This document shows positions 35,755 through 49,587 of a stretch of 64,000 nucleotides of DNA, in pieces (within the stretch, counting starts at the first letter, position 1; each line of letters begins with the position of its first letter). Below the pieces are notes generated by a model. It made no database searches. It was not told the origin of the DNA and saw nothing but the letters and a program-made list of their open reading frames with translations. The stretch comes from Octopus bimaculoides (Eukaryota). The stretch lies in the NCBI RefSeq assembly GCF_001194135.2, contig NC_068993.1, positions 23,662,215 through 23,726,214 of the forward strand, read 5' to 3'. Both the position numbers and the translations under genes were made by a program.

Positions 35755-36609
35755 TTAGGTATAAAAGTGCCATAATGAGAGATCCGATGTTAAAATTGTT
35801 TTAAATTTCTTCGAAAATTTATGGCACCTGTCCGACCAATACCATTTAACCTCTTTTTTCAATATGTTGTTTAGTGGTGTTCTTAGCTCATGTATGTTCC
35901 CTATATATGTTTGATAATAGTTTGCGAGCCCTAAGAGTGCTTTTAACGTTGTAACATTTTTCGGGGGAGTCATAATTTGTATTGCAGTCGATCTTGAAGG
36001 ATCTGATCTGCAAACATCTTTATCGATAACTTACCCTAAATACTTTATTTCTAGCATGAAAAATTCGCATTTGACTCACTCCTTTGTTCCTTCAAATACC
36101 TTTTTGACATGTTCCTCATGCTGGCCACGAGACTCACTTTTTATGAGTAATGTCATCCAAGTAAGCTATAGCGAAATCCGTATCCCTTATGGGTGTTTAT
36201 CGTTAATATTTTCGAACATTTCTCCTCGACTTGTATCTGTAAATACGCCTCCGACAAGTCCAACTCTGAAACAAATTTCTTCCATTGAATTTCGCAAAAC
36301 TTTCCTCCGGACATGGTAATGGATAATTGTATGTCATCAGATATTCGTTATGCCTATTGAGAAATCAGCGCATACTCGTATTTTATTATTTTGTTTCTTT
36401 ACATAAACAGTTGGTGATGCCCATTCTGAATAATCAATTTTTTCTATAACTCCAAGCCTTTCAAGTCTATCCAATTTCTCGTTGACTTGATCCAACACCG
36501 TGAAAGTTACAGCTAGCTTCGGTTTAAATACCGCCACAGCGTTCTCTTCCACTTGAAATTTTACTTTTGTCTTGGTGCATCTACCTAATTCTTCAGAAAA
36601 AAAAAACAT
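35755..36609 (-). pseudogene. Gypsy reverse transcriptase remnants
   Basis: LERLGVIEKIDYSEWASPTVYVKKQNNKIRVCADFS; ELDLSEAYLQI; AYLDDI; LLGLANYY; frameshifts and an internal deletion. Confidence 0.9.
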
Positions 36610-37499
36610 CAGGAAAAATCTTTTTTAACTTCTTTTTTAACTCCTCCCATGCCTTAGTTGAACTGGCGTAAGAACCGTTTACATTATTGCAAAGAATATT
36701 TATGGGAATGTCCTTTAACTTAAATAGTTCCATCCAGTCTGTGCAAAATAGGTTTGTCGTATTTTTGAATACAAAATCTTTGGTTTTCAAAGTTTTTCAA
36801 CGAAATGATAACTCATTTATAATTTCGCCCCAAAATCGCGATTGTTTCCCTGTAATATCGCGTAATTTTCGAAGATTATTTCAACGTAGGCTTTTTTATT
36901 ATTCTTCCTGCATCATTGTTAATTTTCTTGATATTACTACCTATGTCAAACTGTAGTCTCGTATTCACATTATTTATTTTTATGGAGATAAATTTTCATT
37001 TTTGTGCCTCACTTTGCATTTGTGTTGACAATAAATTTTTCTCGAATTTCTTTATTTCGACCATAATGTGAATTCTTATGTCCGATTTTTCCACAGCCAA
37101 AGCATTTTATATTTTTATAAGGAGAATTTCTTTTAAAATGTATTTCTCCACACCCATACCATGTTTTGGTTCTTGACTGTTCTTTTTCTTTTTCTTTATC
37201 TGTTACAGGTCGACACATATATATTTGAATAATCTGTTTCAATTTTTTCTGCGTCCTGTTGTAAATATATAATCCTTTGGTATTCTTCAGCCACGGCCGG
37301 TAGAGTTAGTTTTGAATATTGTTCTAGTTTTGCCAATATCTTAGCCCGTTTCACTGCATCTTTTCTTGCAGTTAATCCTCGCACAAAGATTAGACATTCG
37401 AACATGTCCAGGATTAATTCATTTAGTTTAAAATTTTCATATTCACAGTTTATGATTTCGGCATACGTGACGAAATCCTCAGTTCCTTTTTTTTTTTTT

Positions 37500-38096
37500 T
37501 TAATTCAAGCACACCCAGCGAATATTAAATAGTGAACTTCTTTCACTGAATATTTTAGATAACAGGTTAATTGCTTTCTCGAAACAAATTTCGGATGGTT
37601 TTCTCGGCAGGATGTAATTACAATACTTTTCATGTTCTGCGGGTGATAATTTCTTCAAACGAAATCGTACATTCTTTCCTTCCGTCCAGATTTTACATTC
37701 TTCTTTGAATGTTCCTTCATATCTTCTGAAGTATGCAGAAAACGTAATCCCTTCTCCTGAATTATAAGTAAATTCTTCAATTGAATTAGCAATCCCGTCT
37801 GCCGAAAATGATCCTGAAATGTTTTTCGACTGCACCAATAATTTCAACAACTGTTGATTTTGCTGCTTTTGTTGTTGTAGTTGCTGTTGTACCTGTTGTT
37901 GCTGTTTCTGTTGTTCTTGTTGCTGTTTCTGTTGTTCTTGTTGCTGTTGTAGTTGCAGTTGCAACTGTTGCTGCTGTTGCTGTTGTTCTTGGTGTTGTAG
38001 TTGCAGTTGCAACTGTTGCTGCTGTTGCTGTTGTTCTTGCTGTTGTTGTTTTAGTTGCCGTTGCAACTGTACCAGGGAAGCTAATAGGTCTTCCAT
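37500..38096 (-). CDS. Gypsy gag N-terminal ORF with an expanded polyglutamine tract
   Basis: ATG at 38096 (MEDLLASL...), a long Q-rich tract, then DGIANSIEEFTY...FSAYFRRYE...YCNYILP...IFSERSSLFNIRW typical of this gag family; frame ends at a poly-T run. Confidence 0.8.
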   Translation of the reverse strand: MEDLLASLVQLQRQLKQQQQEQQQQQQQLQLQLQHQEQQQQQQQLQLQLQQQQEQQKQQQEQQKQQQQVQQQLQQQKQQNQQLLKLLVQSKNISGSFSADGIANSIEEFTYNSGEGITFSAYFRRYEGTFKEECKIWTEGKNVRFRLKKLSPAEHEKYCNYILPRKPSEICFEKAINLLSKIFSERSSLFNIRWVCLN

Positions 38097-38138
38097 GCTA
38101 AGAACGTCCACAGTGAGTTTCGAATGTCTCGCCACCAC

Positions 38139-38382
38139 TCTTATATCATTGAGTTTCGATATAGACTGCACTGTAAAAACATTATAACATTACAAAACCT
38201 AAATCAGTAACAGCGACCGTAACAAACTTATATCTCTTCCCAACGACTTCTACAACTGCCTTCATAGATGCGACTACACACACACTACACTGCACGTCGC
38301 ACTGTCAGTACGCATGCGCCTTTATAAGGTTTAGGACAGTTCACTTGCCCTGCTACAAGATTGTTAGGATTTCCCCTTAACA
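38139..38382 (-). repeat. 5' LTR of the Gypsy element
   Basis: Begins TGTTAAGG on the minus strand; contains a TATAAAG box; followed by the PBS. Confidence 0.85.
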
Positions 38383-40329
38383 TATACACACTTACTCTCT
38401 CACACACACATATATACATATATTACTGAACATGTGCTTACATGTGTATAGGTATTTATGTTTGCTTTCGTTTGTGTGGTTCGATTTCTGTGTTAACATA
38501 ATCTTAAGCGTAAAAATCGGAGAAAAGCTGCACGACGACCGATGTTTTTCATTTCTATTTCTTCGAAATTCCGTCACACAGATGCACCCAACTCATGCTT
38601 GCCATCGATATACAAACATAGCTCTGGCTGTTACACTCGTTTCCGGTTACCAACTATATCAATTTTTACAAGCACGTTACACGAAAAAATGTCAAGAAAT
38701 TTACTCACAGCCAGGTTTCTCTAATGCTTGTTTCTTGGACAAAAAAGTTTTCCGATTCCTTATCTGTTTGACTATTCTATTCGTTTTTTTTTATCCAATT
38801 ATTTTAAAAGCATTGAATATATATTATCAGCTGACTGTATTCAGATAGTCACTTAATTTGCTGCAGCTGCTACTTAAATGTTGAAATGCCAGTTACCTTT
38901 AATAAATAATATGCTCAACCAAAATGGCTTTCTCTCTGTATTTCAACAGCAATAATGAGATAACGTAATACGTTCAGTCTTTTTTTGTTTTCTTCCCTAG
39001 CTGCACGGTATATTGTCCTTATTTTGTGTATCTCGTTATTTTTCTAAACTAATACACATTTTACAATGCAATTTTTCTTTGAAAAGGAAAATTATTTTAA
39101 CTATGTTGATATGAGCTATTGACAAAACGTTTCACGTTGAGCTACATATCTAATGCATTTCTGATTTACATTCTGGAATGGAAAAACATGTTTTATAAAT
39201 CTTTACTGGTATTCTTAAGCTCTTCTTCTTCTTCTTCTTCTTCTTCTTCTTCTTCTTCTTCTTCTTCTTCTTCTTCTTCTTCTTCTTTAAAATTTACCTT
39301 CAACCTTTTATTTATTGAAAGCTTAACTCGAAATTCTTGCTGAAGTTACTATTTAACTTTGTTAGATGCAATTTTGTACCTCTATGGGTCGAGACCTAGA
39401 TAGAGTATTAAAATGTGGTTCGCTGAATGGAAGAATCATTGCCACTTTATGACAGAATCATTAATCATTGTTTTTCTTTAGCAGTAACCTTAATCTATTT
39501 TGAAAAGTAATCTTGCTATTCTTTTTCTTTCTCTTTTTATGACATATGCTGGCCTTCATAAATTTTGAGCATATTGTCCATTATTTTATTCTCAATGGTT
39601 CATTTCACTAAGACATTCTATCAAAGACGGAGGAAAATACTGAAACACATTTAACTCTCTTTATTTGTATTAGCAATCGTGAAGCAGGAGTTAGGATAGT
39701 TTCGTTTCAGAATATTGGTGAGCTGACTCAAAGTTGATAAAAGATAATGTTGTAGGATATAGAAATAAATACATGATAAGAAAATTATGTATCTCCTTGT
39801 TATTTCAAATATTAAAACTTGTATGAACAAAAATAAATAATGCCTAAGAATGAGCAATTGAGTTAAGTACGTAATGAGATAATATTAAAATTTTATATGC
39901 ATCAAATGTAGCGTAATAGAAATCAGTAACTCTACCGAAACGCGTTTTTTCAAGTTTGCATAGATAAATCTAATCGAGCTGATAAAGTGTTTAAATTGTA
40001 AAGGATTTCAACAAAGAAATAATGCTTTGGTATTATTTTTATATATTTTGTCGCATCACTTCATTAATTGACAGATTAAAGAAAAAAATTAACATTTAGC
40101 CCACATGTATTTTATGTTTCCTGCATAGCACCTTTCATGTCTAAGAGCATTTATAACTTGCCTGTTACTTCTTTCAATTTATTTGGCTTCTTGCGTCACA
40201 TCTCCATTGTCTTTATCCAAAGAAAATATTATTCCGACAGAAAAAGAGTTGGCTAAAGGTATGGCAACTTAATATATCGAGTGTCACATAATGCCTTGTT
40301 CTATCATGGCCACAGTCTAATATCTGAAA

Positions 40330-40725
40330 TAATTATATCAATGGTTTTCTCGGTGGTGGTAGTTGCAGGACATCAAGATCTTGCCTCATCTTCGAGACTC
40401 ACCCTTCCCTCCTAAATTCAGCTGCCCACATTTGCACTGTTGACAAAGCTGTAGCGTCATTCCCTAACGTAGCAACCATGTCAGCATGAATTTTATTGAG
40501 GGATAAATACTTTTGTTGCAAGTACTTAGTAACACAACGATGCCAAATTTTGTCAATTTTCTAGAGAGCTCACTATTAGTTGCATTTGAAGTTTTCATTG
40601 AAGTGTCAGACAATTTACCTGAATAGACACAACGCAGTTATTGATAAAAATAGTTGAAATTAATGCATAGGTCGAGCATCCCTTCTTCATAGTCAGCTGA
40701 TGGACGCTTCAGCCCAACCAGCCAC
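40330..40725 (-). mobile_element. mariner 5' end: left TIR plus transposase HTH
   Basis: Minus-strand KIWHRCVTKYLQQK..IHADMVATLGNDATALSTVQMWAAEFRR...PATTTTEKTID; TIR-like GGTTGGGCTGAAGCGTCCATCAGCTGAC at ~40692-40720 resembles the TIR at ~20400. Confidence 0.85.
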
Positions 40726-41599
40726 GCCAAATATTTTTTTTTAATATAGTCCTTATAGACTAAGTAGCGTGGAAACATTTGAGAAACATAATAGTACGTT
40801 GATAACCAATGACATGAGCTTACTTAGAGGAACACAATATATTACCTAGAATGGATAATATGCATGTTTATTCTAAACACGTTTAGTGGGGTTCAGGCGC
40901 AAAATACGCTGGGCAGTGTAGTATATGGCTTGGGAGAATAACTTCTCACTTTTACAAGAGCAATGTGCTTAACACACTCGTCTCGTTGGTGCACAGTATT
41001 CTGGGAATGTTGTGGCAACATTTTGTGTCTCGTCAATCAGAAGCAGCCGGGAGTTTGATACTACCCAAAACCGTTGACTTTGGTTGTGCTTTAGACAAAA
41101 GTCATTGTTTGTTGCTCGATGCCAATTTTATAGGAATAGTTTTCAAACACTTCGATGTAGACTTTAGTAAAGAAAACATTTCGACTTACGAGGGTGGTCA
41201 TATGATAATAGTCATTTGCACTGTGTATTGCGACATCTGGATTGAATACTTGCTTATTTATTCTTGACACCACTACACAGGTTCACATGCAAAATATGCT
41301 GGGCGTTGTTGCGTTATATCTTAAGGTAATAACTTTTCCCTTTTACGACAACGGTGTGTTGAACACACTTATCTATTTGACAAGTAATCAATTTGCTGAA
41401 AGCATAAAGAAGAACCAGCGAATTTAGGCACTGCTAACAATGAACATAACGCTGTTGCAGATGAGGTGTTTTTCTTTTCATTTTTCATGTGCTGCATTTA
41501 TTAATACTCTTTTTGCTGTTGGTTGTGCTGGTGCTATTGTTCGCTTCCATGCTGCTACATTTACTACTATAATTCACTGCTGTTTTGGGGAGGTTTGGT

Positions 41600-42381
41600 G
41601 TCAGATATAATGGAAGACTCGTCTCCTCTGCCTTTTGATGAGGACAGTAAACTCTGAAGTGACTTTCTAAATCATCGAATTGACATTTTCAATTCTGTCC
41701 TCTATTGCAACACGCAGCTCCACTCCACTGAGCAGCTGACTAACGCCTGGAAGCCTTTCTACTTTATCAAGTTTGATCTGGAGGACAATTTCGCCAGTAC
41801 TTCAAACCAAACGCTTCCTATCGATTAGTTTGGCGTTGAGAAGGCTGTCGTTGTAGTCCACACAGTCCAACAAAAACCAGATACACTACATTTTCATCTG
41901 TTATATTTGACAAATAGTGAGGAGTACTTTATTAGCCTTCATTTCGAATACACTTCAAAATGATGTATCGATAGAATCATCTTAAAGAAAACACTGAAGT
42001 TTAGCATTTTGTCATGCATCAGGGAAAAGCATTTCAGTTTTATTTATGTAAATACAAAAGAGTAACGTCAGTGTGAACTTCACACATGCACCATGACTAT
42101 AAATCACAAGATTAGCATGCAACAGAGTTGTAACGTCCCCTAAAGTTGGTGTCGTTTCAAACATAATAGTGGCTGTGTTACCTATAATAAGCATGTGATT
42201 ATGTATAATACCTGTGGGTTTTTTATGGTACCAGAGTACATACGGGTTCCATGAGAATTAAAAAAATTGTCTTTCGAAAACTTTAGGTCATGATTTGTAG
42301 AAATAAACAGTGAAGTGGGTGTGCTGCAAGATATTTCAAGAAGATTTTCTCCATCTCTCTCTCTGTCTCTGTCTCTGTCTC

Positions 42382-42451
<70 letters not shown>

Positions 42452-42930
42452 CTTCTCTCTCTCTCACTATCTCTCTCTCTCTCTTATCATGTTTGCTTAT
42501 AGGAAGCATACAGAAAAATCTAGGCCTGCCTATGAGAATACTACATCTTTGCATATAATAATATAATAATAATACAATTATCTATATATGCGAGACAGTA
42601 TCTTTTCGACATAATTCCGCAATCTGCAATTCACCGGCTCTGCACGAGTGCTTGCAGTATAGTTTCGTCGTTCTGCACGCATCTCGGGCAGTTCACTGCA
42701 TATAGAATTTATCTCGATCCGGCATTCCACTTCAGTAGCAATACCTAGTCAGAGATATTTTAAGTTTACCGTAGGTAATTTCCGTCCTGAAACTCCTAGG
42801 TAACAGGCCAAATAGTCCGTCCTTGTTGTTACTCAGAGTTGCCCCGAGGAGGCCATCGCTCTTGCACAAAACCACAAATCTATATACTACTGACGTAGAA
42901 CTTCCGTCGACTACATTGCCCAATTAATAG
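41600..42930 (-). mobile_element. Possible LINE ORF1-like remnants (41600-41880 and 42600-42930)
   Basis: Relatively GC-rich, coding-like minus frames with scattered stops (ERLPGVSQLLSGVELRVAIEDR; YIDLWFCARAM...GRKLPTV). Family not confidently recognised. Confidence 0.25.
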
Positions 42931-42984
42931 GGGCCAGAAGAGGTCTGACAAAATTGCAGGCGTCAAACGTCAAATAATAATAAT

Positions 42985-45440
42985 TAAGACATGGGCCCAC
43001 CACACAGTAATGCGAAGGGCACAGGCCCAACTTATGGGTAGTAAGAGCTCTGCAGGCTTGGCTGATAATCTTACTAGAGATGGTGTCTCGATAAAAATAT
43101 CGGTTGAAGGCTAACCTTAAAACACAAACCTCATTGCTGAGTGAAAATGTCTAATACAAATGTATCAAACAACGATGTTAATGAGGCTGGAACCAAAGGT
43201 GAAAGCCTTTCGCCTGGTAGGTGCCCTGTCGTTTGGCAGCGCAGGCCCGATTGATATCCAGAGACTGCTTGTAGACAAAGCCAGAGGCAGAGAATAAGGT
43301 GGGATAAGGAGGTAAACCGAATGATGATTCAATGCTGGATCAGGATTGAACCCAGTAGAAAGGTATTCCGACAACGAACGAAAGGAAATTGAGATAGCGC
43401 CCAGTAGAACCGTTACTAAATGTTTGTCTCCTTGCCACGGCCAGAATAGTCAGGGAAGTATTAGATAGTTGGAAAGACTGGATAGCCTGGTACCGTAGGC
43501 TGCAGATAAGATGAATGATTTTCCCGGGAGACTCACTGTCAGGCCTGATTTTCTGTCTTTCTTTGATCCCGCTAACAAATGTGTTAAAGGAAACCACCAT
43601 GGGCTGTTGATGCTACGGACAAATATAAAGTATTTTCTGTACATGGACAACCGAAAACTTTTCGCTAAAGGCACCATGGAACAGAGATACTTTACTAAAA
43701 TTGTTCAGCGTTTCAGCAATGACATCGGAACGAGCATGGGTCTGCACAAATGTGCCGGTATCACACTGAGAAGAGGCAAATTATTCAACACTGAAAACAC
43801 TTCACTCAATATAGACATAGAAAGTAGAGAATTAGACCACAACAACCCATACAAATATCTAGGAATAGAAGAAACACCTAAAATACAACACACAGACATG
43901 CAAAGGAAATTTAGGATAGACAATTACAGATTACAGAAGAGTTACACTAATATCAAACACTGAATTTAATGCTAAAAGTAAGATGATAGATAAACACCCT
44001 AGCCATACCAGTCATGAATTACAGCTTTAACATAATAAACTGGAAGCTCAGTGAATTGAGAAACCTAGATAGGAAAACCAGAAAACAACTAACATCGTGC
44101 CGACGACACCACCCCAAAGCAGACGCAGGAAGAATATATATATATACTCTGCTGAGAAGGGGGTCGTGACCTGATAAAGATAGAAAACTACTATAAAATA
44201 ACAACAGTTGGACTAACAAAGAACCTTGAAACAAAGAGTGGAAGACTACTGCATTTAGTAAAACAGTATGAGAACAAGAATACAAAATACAAAATAGCAG
44301 TAAACTACATTGATACACTCACCTCAGATGACAACATAGCAGAAATGGTCAGAGAGACAAAAAACATGGAAACTGAATTAGAAAAGATACTGAAGAAGAA
44401 ATGGAGAGAAAATCCCTTCTTGGCCAATACCCTGCAAGGCTTGACAGAGAAGAAGTGAGCCTATATATAAGCCAACAATGGCCTCAAAAGCTCTGGACTA
44501 AAAACCGAAATGGAAGGACCGATTCTCGCTGCATAATACCAATGCCTGACTACAGAATATGCAGAATGTGCAACCAGCCCAATGAGACAGTTGACAACAT
44601 CATTTCGGGTTGCCCAGTCCTTGCCAAGTCTGAATATGTATACAGGCATAAGAAAGTAAGCAGTTATATCAACCGGACCACATGCCAACATTATAACATC
44701 AATACTGACAGCAGGTGGTATAAGCATGCTCCAAGCAAGGTGCAAGAAAATATGTAGGCCACAATCATCTAGGATATGGTGGTTCAAACCGACAAACAAA
44801 TAAAAGCTAATTACTCAGACATAATAGTCGAGGATTGAGGAACAAAACACCTGCTTACCGACAGACATTGCAGTCTCTTCTGATCAAAATGTTGTCAAAA
44901 AGAAGTGGAGAAATTTTCGAAGTACAAATACCTCGAAATTGAAGTATTCTAAACGTGAAGCATTAAGGTAAAAAAACAATACCAATAATAACTGGAGCAT
45001 TGGGCATGATAAACAATCATATAAACAAAAGTGTAGAAACTATACCTAGATACTCAGCACTACACACTGTCATAAAAAAATAGCCCTGCTAGGAACCGCC
45101 CACATCCTACGCAAGAGACTATCAATCGAATAATGCAACCGAAACAAAACAACTAACTGCACACACTCTATACAGTAGTTACCCAGTGAAATACATTCCC
45201 ACCAGCAAGCGAGAAAGCCAAAGCATTACACACTCAATACTCAATGCATGCAGTAACACAAAAAAAGATAGCATGATACCTCGAGGAAAAATAAAACTAA
45301 CACAATACAGAACTGGGAAGAGTTCGCACACTGCCAAAAAAGAACACACAATACTGCACACACTCCAGCAAAACAGAGGTGTAGTAAGTGATGCAGTAGA
45401 AATTTGCCTCAATCTAGCAAATATTGAACAGTTATATACT
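42985..45440 (+). mobile_element. R4/Dong-clade element, internally deleted or composite: 5'UTR and N-terminus, then RT C-half, CCHC, RLE and 3'UTR
   Basis: After AATAATAATAAT: RIRWDKEVNRMMIQCW..EPS (N-terminal motif); YMDN(D)RKLFAK, YKYLGI, CRMCNQPNETVDNIISGCPVLAKSEYVYRH, LGTAHILRKRLSIE*; ends in (AAT)(GAT)n. Confidence 0.88.
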
Positions 45441-45465
45441 AATAATAATAATAATAATAATAATA

Positions 45466-45545
<80 letters not shown>

Positions 45546-45686
45546 NNNNNNNNNNNNNNNNNNNNNNNNNNNNNNNNNNNNNNNNNNNNNNNNNNNNNNN
45601 NNNNNNNNNNNNNNNNNNNNNNNNNNNNNNNNNNNNNNNNNNNNNNNNNNNNNNNNNNNNNNNNNNNNNNNNNNNNNNNNNNNNNN

Positions 45687-45750
<64 letters not shown>

Positions 45751-45751
<1 letters not shown>

Positions 45752-45955
45752 GTTTCTATCAGGATTAAAACTATTGGAGCGGCTGTCAGGCTAGAAGTGA
45801 ACCAGAAGACAGCATTGTTGAACACAGCTCTCATTCTAAGGAGGATATTGTCTCTTTGAGTCACAGGAGAAGGCATTATTTGCAACCTTTGGTGACTTGT
45901 TATCGCCTGCTTTCGAGTAGAGAACGACCGGCAATAAAGAACTAGCCGTGTGTCT

Positions 45956-45958
<3 letters not shown>
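45751..45958 (+). mobile_element. R4/Dong 3'-terminal fragment
   Basis: Follows (AAT)n; QKTALLNTALILRRILSL* plus 3'UTR, then (CAT)(AAT)n. Confidence 0.75.
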
Positions 45959-46052
<94 letters not shown>

Positions 46053-46344
46053 TGATAATAATAATAATGATAATAATAATAATAACAACACTAATAATAA
46101 TAAGGATTCAGCTCTTCGCTGAATAACATGGACGTTATACACCGGGCTCTGAATACAAAAGCAAATCTAATGTAATAACATCGGTGGAATGGGAAAAAGG
46201 AAACTGTGGAAGAGTTGAAGCAAGCGGCCTTTTAACGAAAATAATCATAAGAAACGAATTTTTACTGCCATACAAAGAACAGTATCTCCCATGCACGGTG
46301 TCTCAATAAAACATGTACGAAAGACACGTGTGAAATCCACTCTA

Positions 46345-48325
46345 GAAATATAGTTTAGTAATATAATACCCCAGCGTTGCAACCTATTAGCAGTATGGGT
46401 GGGGATTCCTTTCTTCGACTTGTAAAAATAAATGATTTTTTTATGGCAAAAATAATCACTAGAGCCTTTTTGTCAATTTGGCTGTAATTTCTTTTTCTGT
46501 AGGTAATAGCGAACGTGAGGCATGCACCACGGCCTTTCATGTTACCGTCTATATATTTATGTATCATTACTGCTCCGCTCCGATACTACACTCACAAACA
46601 TCTGAAGCTACTACGATCTCCGCTGCAGGATCGAGATGTTCTAAAGACACATAAGATATTAATATCTTTTTTATTGTGTCGAAAGTCCTCTGACAATTTT
46701 AAGACCAATTCCAATTTATTTCTTTTTAAATAGATTATTTAGTGGAACTTTTATCTTGTACATATTTGGCATATGAACTTGATAATAATTTGCAAGTCCA
46801 AAAAGCTTGTAAGATAGATATATTTGTCGGAGGCGGTATATGTTTAATCCCATCTGCCGTCGACGGACCTGGTCGAGAACTATTTTTATAAATGATTTGT
46901 CATAGATATTTAATTTTAGGTAAGAAAATTTCACGTTTCTCCTCACTCACATCGATCATGTAAAATACATTTTACATGCTGATCACGGTAAATACTTTTA
47001 ATTCCTATATCATCTACATAGGGCATGGCCAAGTCACACTCTGCAACCATCATATCCATCGCTTTTTGGAATATAGCTGAAATAATTGTTATGCCAAACG
47101 GAAGCAGGTTAAATTTGTACAGGCATGTATGGATATTAATTGTTAGAAGTTTGCTACATTTATCTCGTGTTTGTATTTGCAAGCAAGCGTTAGAAAGACC
47201 TAATTTCGAGAACAAGTTAGCACTATTTAGTTTCGAGACTTCCTCTTGGCTAGGTAATGGGTAGCTATACTGTCTTAAAAGTTCGTGTAGTCCCATTGAG
47301 AAATCTGCACAAACACGAATTTCATTGTTCTTCTTTTTAACATACACTGAGGAGTCGATGTTTTCAAGCACTCTCATTTTTCTAGTCTGTCTAATTCCTT
47401 ATTCACTTGTTCCGGTGCTGCAAACAATACATTACGTTTGGGTATGAAAACTGCTAATAAATTTTCTTTTACGTGAAATTTGGCTTTAAATTTATTGCAC
47501 CGATCCAACTCGTCCGAAAATACACCAGGAAACAACATTTACACACTTTTTAAAAATATTTCTGACTTACATTTTTACAAAAAATATTTATGTGTAAATC
47601 CCACAAGTCGAACAGTTCCATCCAGCTAGTTGTTAAAACAGATTACTTGTATTTTTTAATACATAAGCTTTCACTTTTATAATCTTACAGCGAAATAAAG
47701 TTACAAATAATTTCGCCTTTAAAAATTGATCTAGTTCCTGAGACCCCATGTGCAATCTTCAATGTTTTTTGCACTGTAGGTTTCCCGATTTTTTCCCCGT
47801 TTTCATTAATTAATGTCATTACGTGTATCTACGTGTAACTTTATATTTGTATTGTTAAATTTTACATACACAAAATTCCTTTGTATTTCTTGTCACTGAT
47901 AAACTGTTTACATGATTTTTTATGTTGAACCGCTTTCTAGGTTTTGTTTTACAGTGTGATTTTTTATGGCTTATCTTACCACACTTGAAGCATTTTAGAT
48001 TTTTATAAGGTCAGGTTGAATTAGCAGCGTAATTCCCCATATCCAAAACATGGGCTAATTTTCTGCATTCATTAATTACTTTCGGTCGCACCGATTGTAT
48101 ATGTGAGCAGTTTCGTACATCACTTTGTTCCATATCGTGTTGTTTATTATTTTCTGACATTGCTCAGATATTTCATGTACTGTTAGATTCTGATTCTACT
48201 CTAATTTAGTCAGAAATTGGTTACGAATTTCCGCGCCTTTCTTTGCCGTTAAACCTTGAATGAAAATTAGGTATTTAAACATGTCTAGTGTTACTTCATT
48301 AATTTCAAATTTCTCGCATTCCTTA
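46345..48325 (-). mobile_element. Second Gypsy element, internal fragment (gag C-half, PR, RT, part of RNase H)
   Basis: LIFIQGLTAKKGAEIR (gag), VYVKKKNNEIRVCADFS...LYKFNLLPFGI...PYVDDI (RT), RNYSQIDKKALVIIFAIKK (RNase H); no LTR or integrase seen. Confidence 0.88.
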
Positions 48326-48329
48326 TTTT

Positions 48330-48850
48330 ATTTCATACGATTCCAGCGTAATAAAATCTTCATCCTCGTCAGGGTTTTCTTAGTACAAGGTATGATGTCT
48401 AGGCTATAATACACCATCGAGGCGTTATATGCATTTGCTACTTTTATCCGGCCTTTCAGAGGCAGCTTTCTTTCTGCCCATTTCTGGGCGAGTTTGGTCA
48501 CCTTAGTCATGACACTTTCCAGTTCCTATCTACCTGGAAATCTGGTCCGAACCAGACTCTGAGCGATTTTACCGTACACTCCGACTAGCAACAGATATCG
48601 CTGTTAGTCCACATGGATTTGCCCCTCCAAGACCCTAGTTGCTAACATACTCTTCGTTCTGGTTTATGAGTGCCTCTGTTCATTTGTGATATTTTTTCTG
48701 TATAGTGTCGATTCTTTCTATGTCCGAAGAGTCCGACACCATGATAGTGACATTGTCCGTGTATGCAATCACAGCTCCCCTGTGATCTAGTTCCAATGGA
48801 ATACTCCCCCATCTCCTGCCTTCGCAGTAAGGTGTAAGACACTCGGCAAG
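48330..48850 (-). mobile_element. Tx1/L1-clade LINE RT fragment
   Basis: VIAYTDNVTIMVS (AYADDVT-like) and KWAERKLPLKGRIKVANAY (Tx1-type W..R.L.L.GR motif). Confidence 0.65.
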
Positions 48851-48885
48851 AAATGGAAACAGAATTGAAAGAAGATGCTAATGAA

Positions 48886-48969
<84 letters not shown>

Positions 48970-49524
48970 TCCTCTGATGAAGTAACAGGCAGTGGCTCTC
49001 ATTTGCTCTCTGGTCGTAACTGATTGGAAGTGTTATCAAGTACATTGTTTTGACTTGGTACAAAAGATGGGCTACAGCAAATATTCTGCTCAATATCTTA
49101 GATTTGCTTGTCAGTCGCGTGACCTTAATCAGTTGAACATGTCACTTAGTACCTGTCGATATGTGCATCTCTGATCACGAACCGATGTAGTGTAGAAGGA
49201 TCACAGCCATGTCATGAGAGGAATTCTTTATGGTTTGGATAATTCACCTTTGGAGACATTGGTGTTTCGTTCAACATCGGTAAACAACCCTTATTCAGGG
49301 AGTTTTGAGTGGGATGGGCTACTCAACCTGAATAAATTTCTAACTGGGCCTCATCTGCAAGGTCATGCGGTGTTTATCTTGATATCAGATGACCATGTCA
49401 CACACATGTTTGTGATGCATGTGCCTGGTGTACCCTTATCAGACGGGTAGTCATGATGGTTATACTGGGCTTCGTATATGTTTACACCAGTGTCACTTTG
49501 ATGGCATGTACTGCTCTCTCACTA
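48970..49524 (+). mobile_element. ~560-bp repeat, copy E (opposite orientation to A-D)
   Basis: Reverse complement of 23281-23843; flanked by (AAT)n on both sides. Confidence 0.9.
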
Positions 49525-49537
49525 AATAATAATAATG

Positions 49538-49587
<50 letters not shown>

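Larger units (their letters stand above)
34139..38382 (-). mobile_element. Gypsy/Ty3 (Mag-like) LTR retrotransposon, structurally complete but decayed, RNase H core deleted
   Basis: Direct repeats 34139-34337 and 38139-38382; TATAC on both flanks (34134-38 and 38383-87); TGGTGGCG PBS next to the 5' LTR; gag, CCHC knuckle, RT (WASPTVYVKK, YLDDI) and integrase (RLHIDFAG, SDNGTQF, YHPKSNGLSERF). Confidence 0.93.

Noticed and set aside
39925-39950. CGAAACGCGT (minimal hammerhead stem III-like)
   Set aside because: No CUGANGA core upstream.
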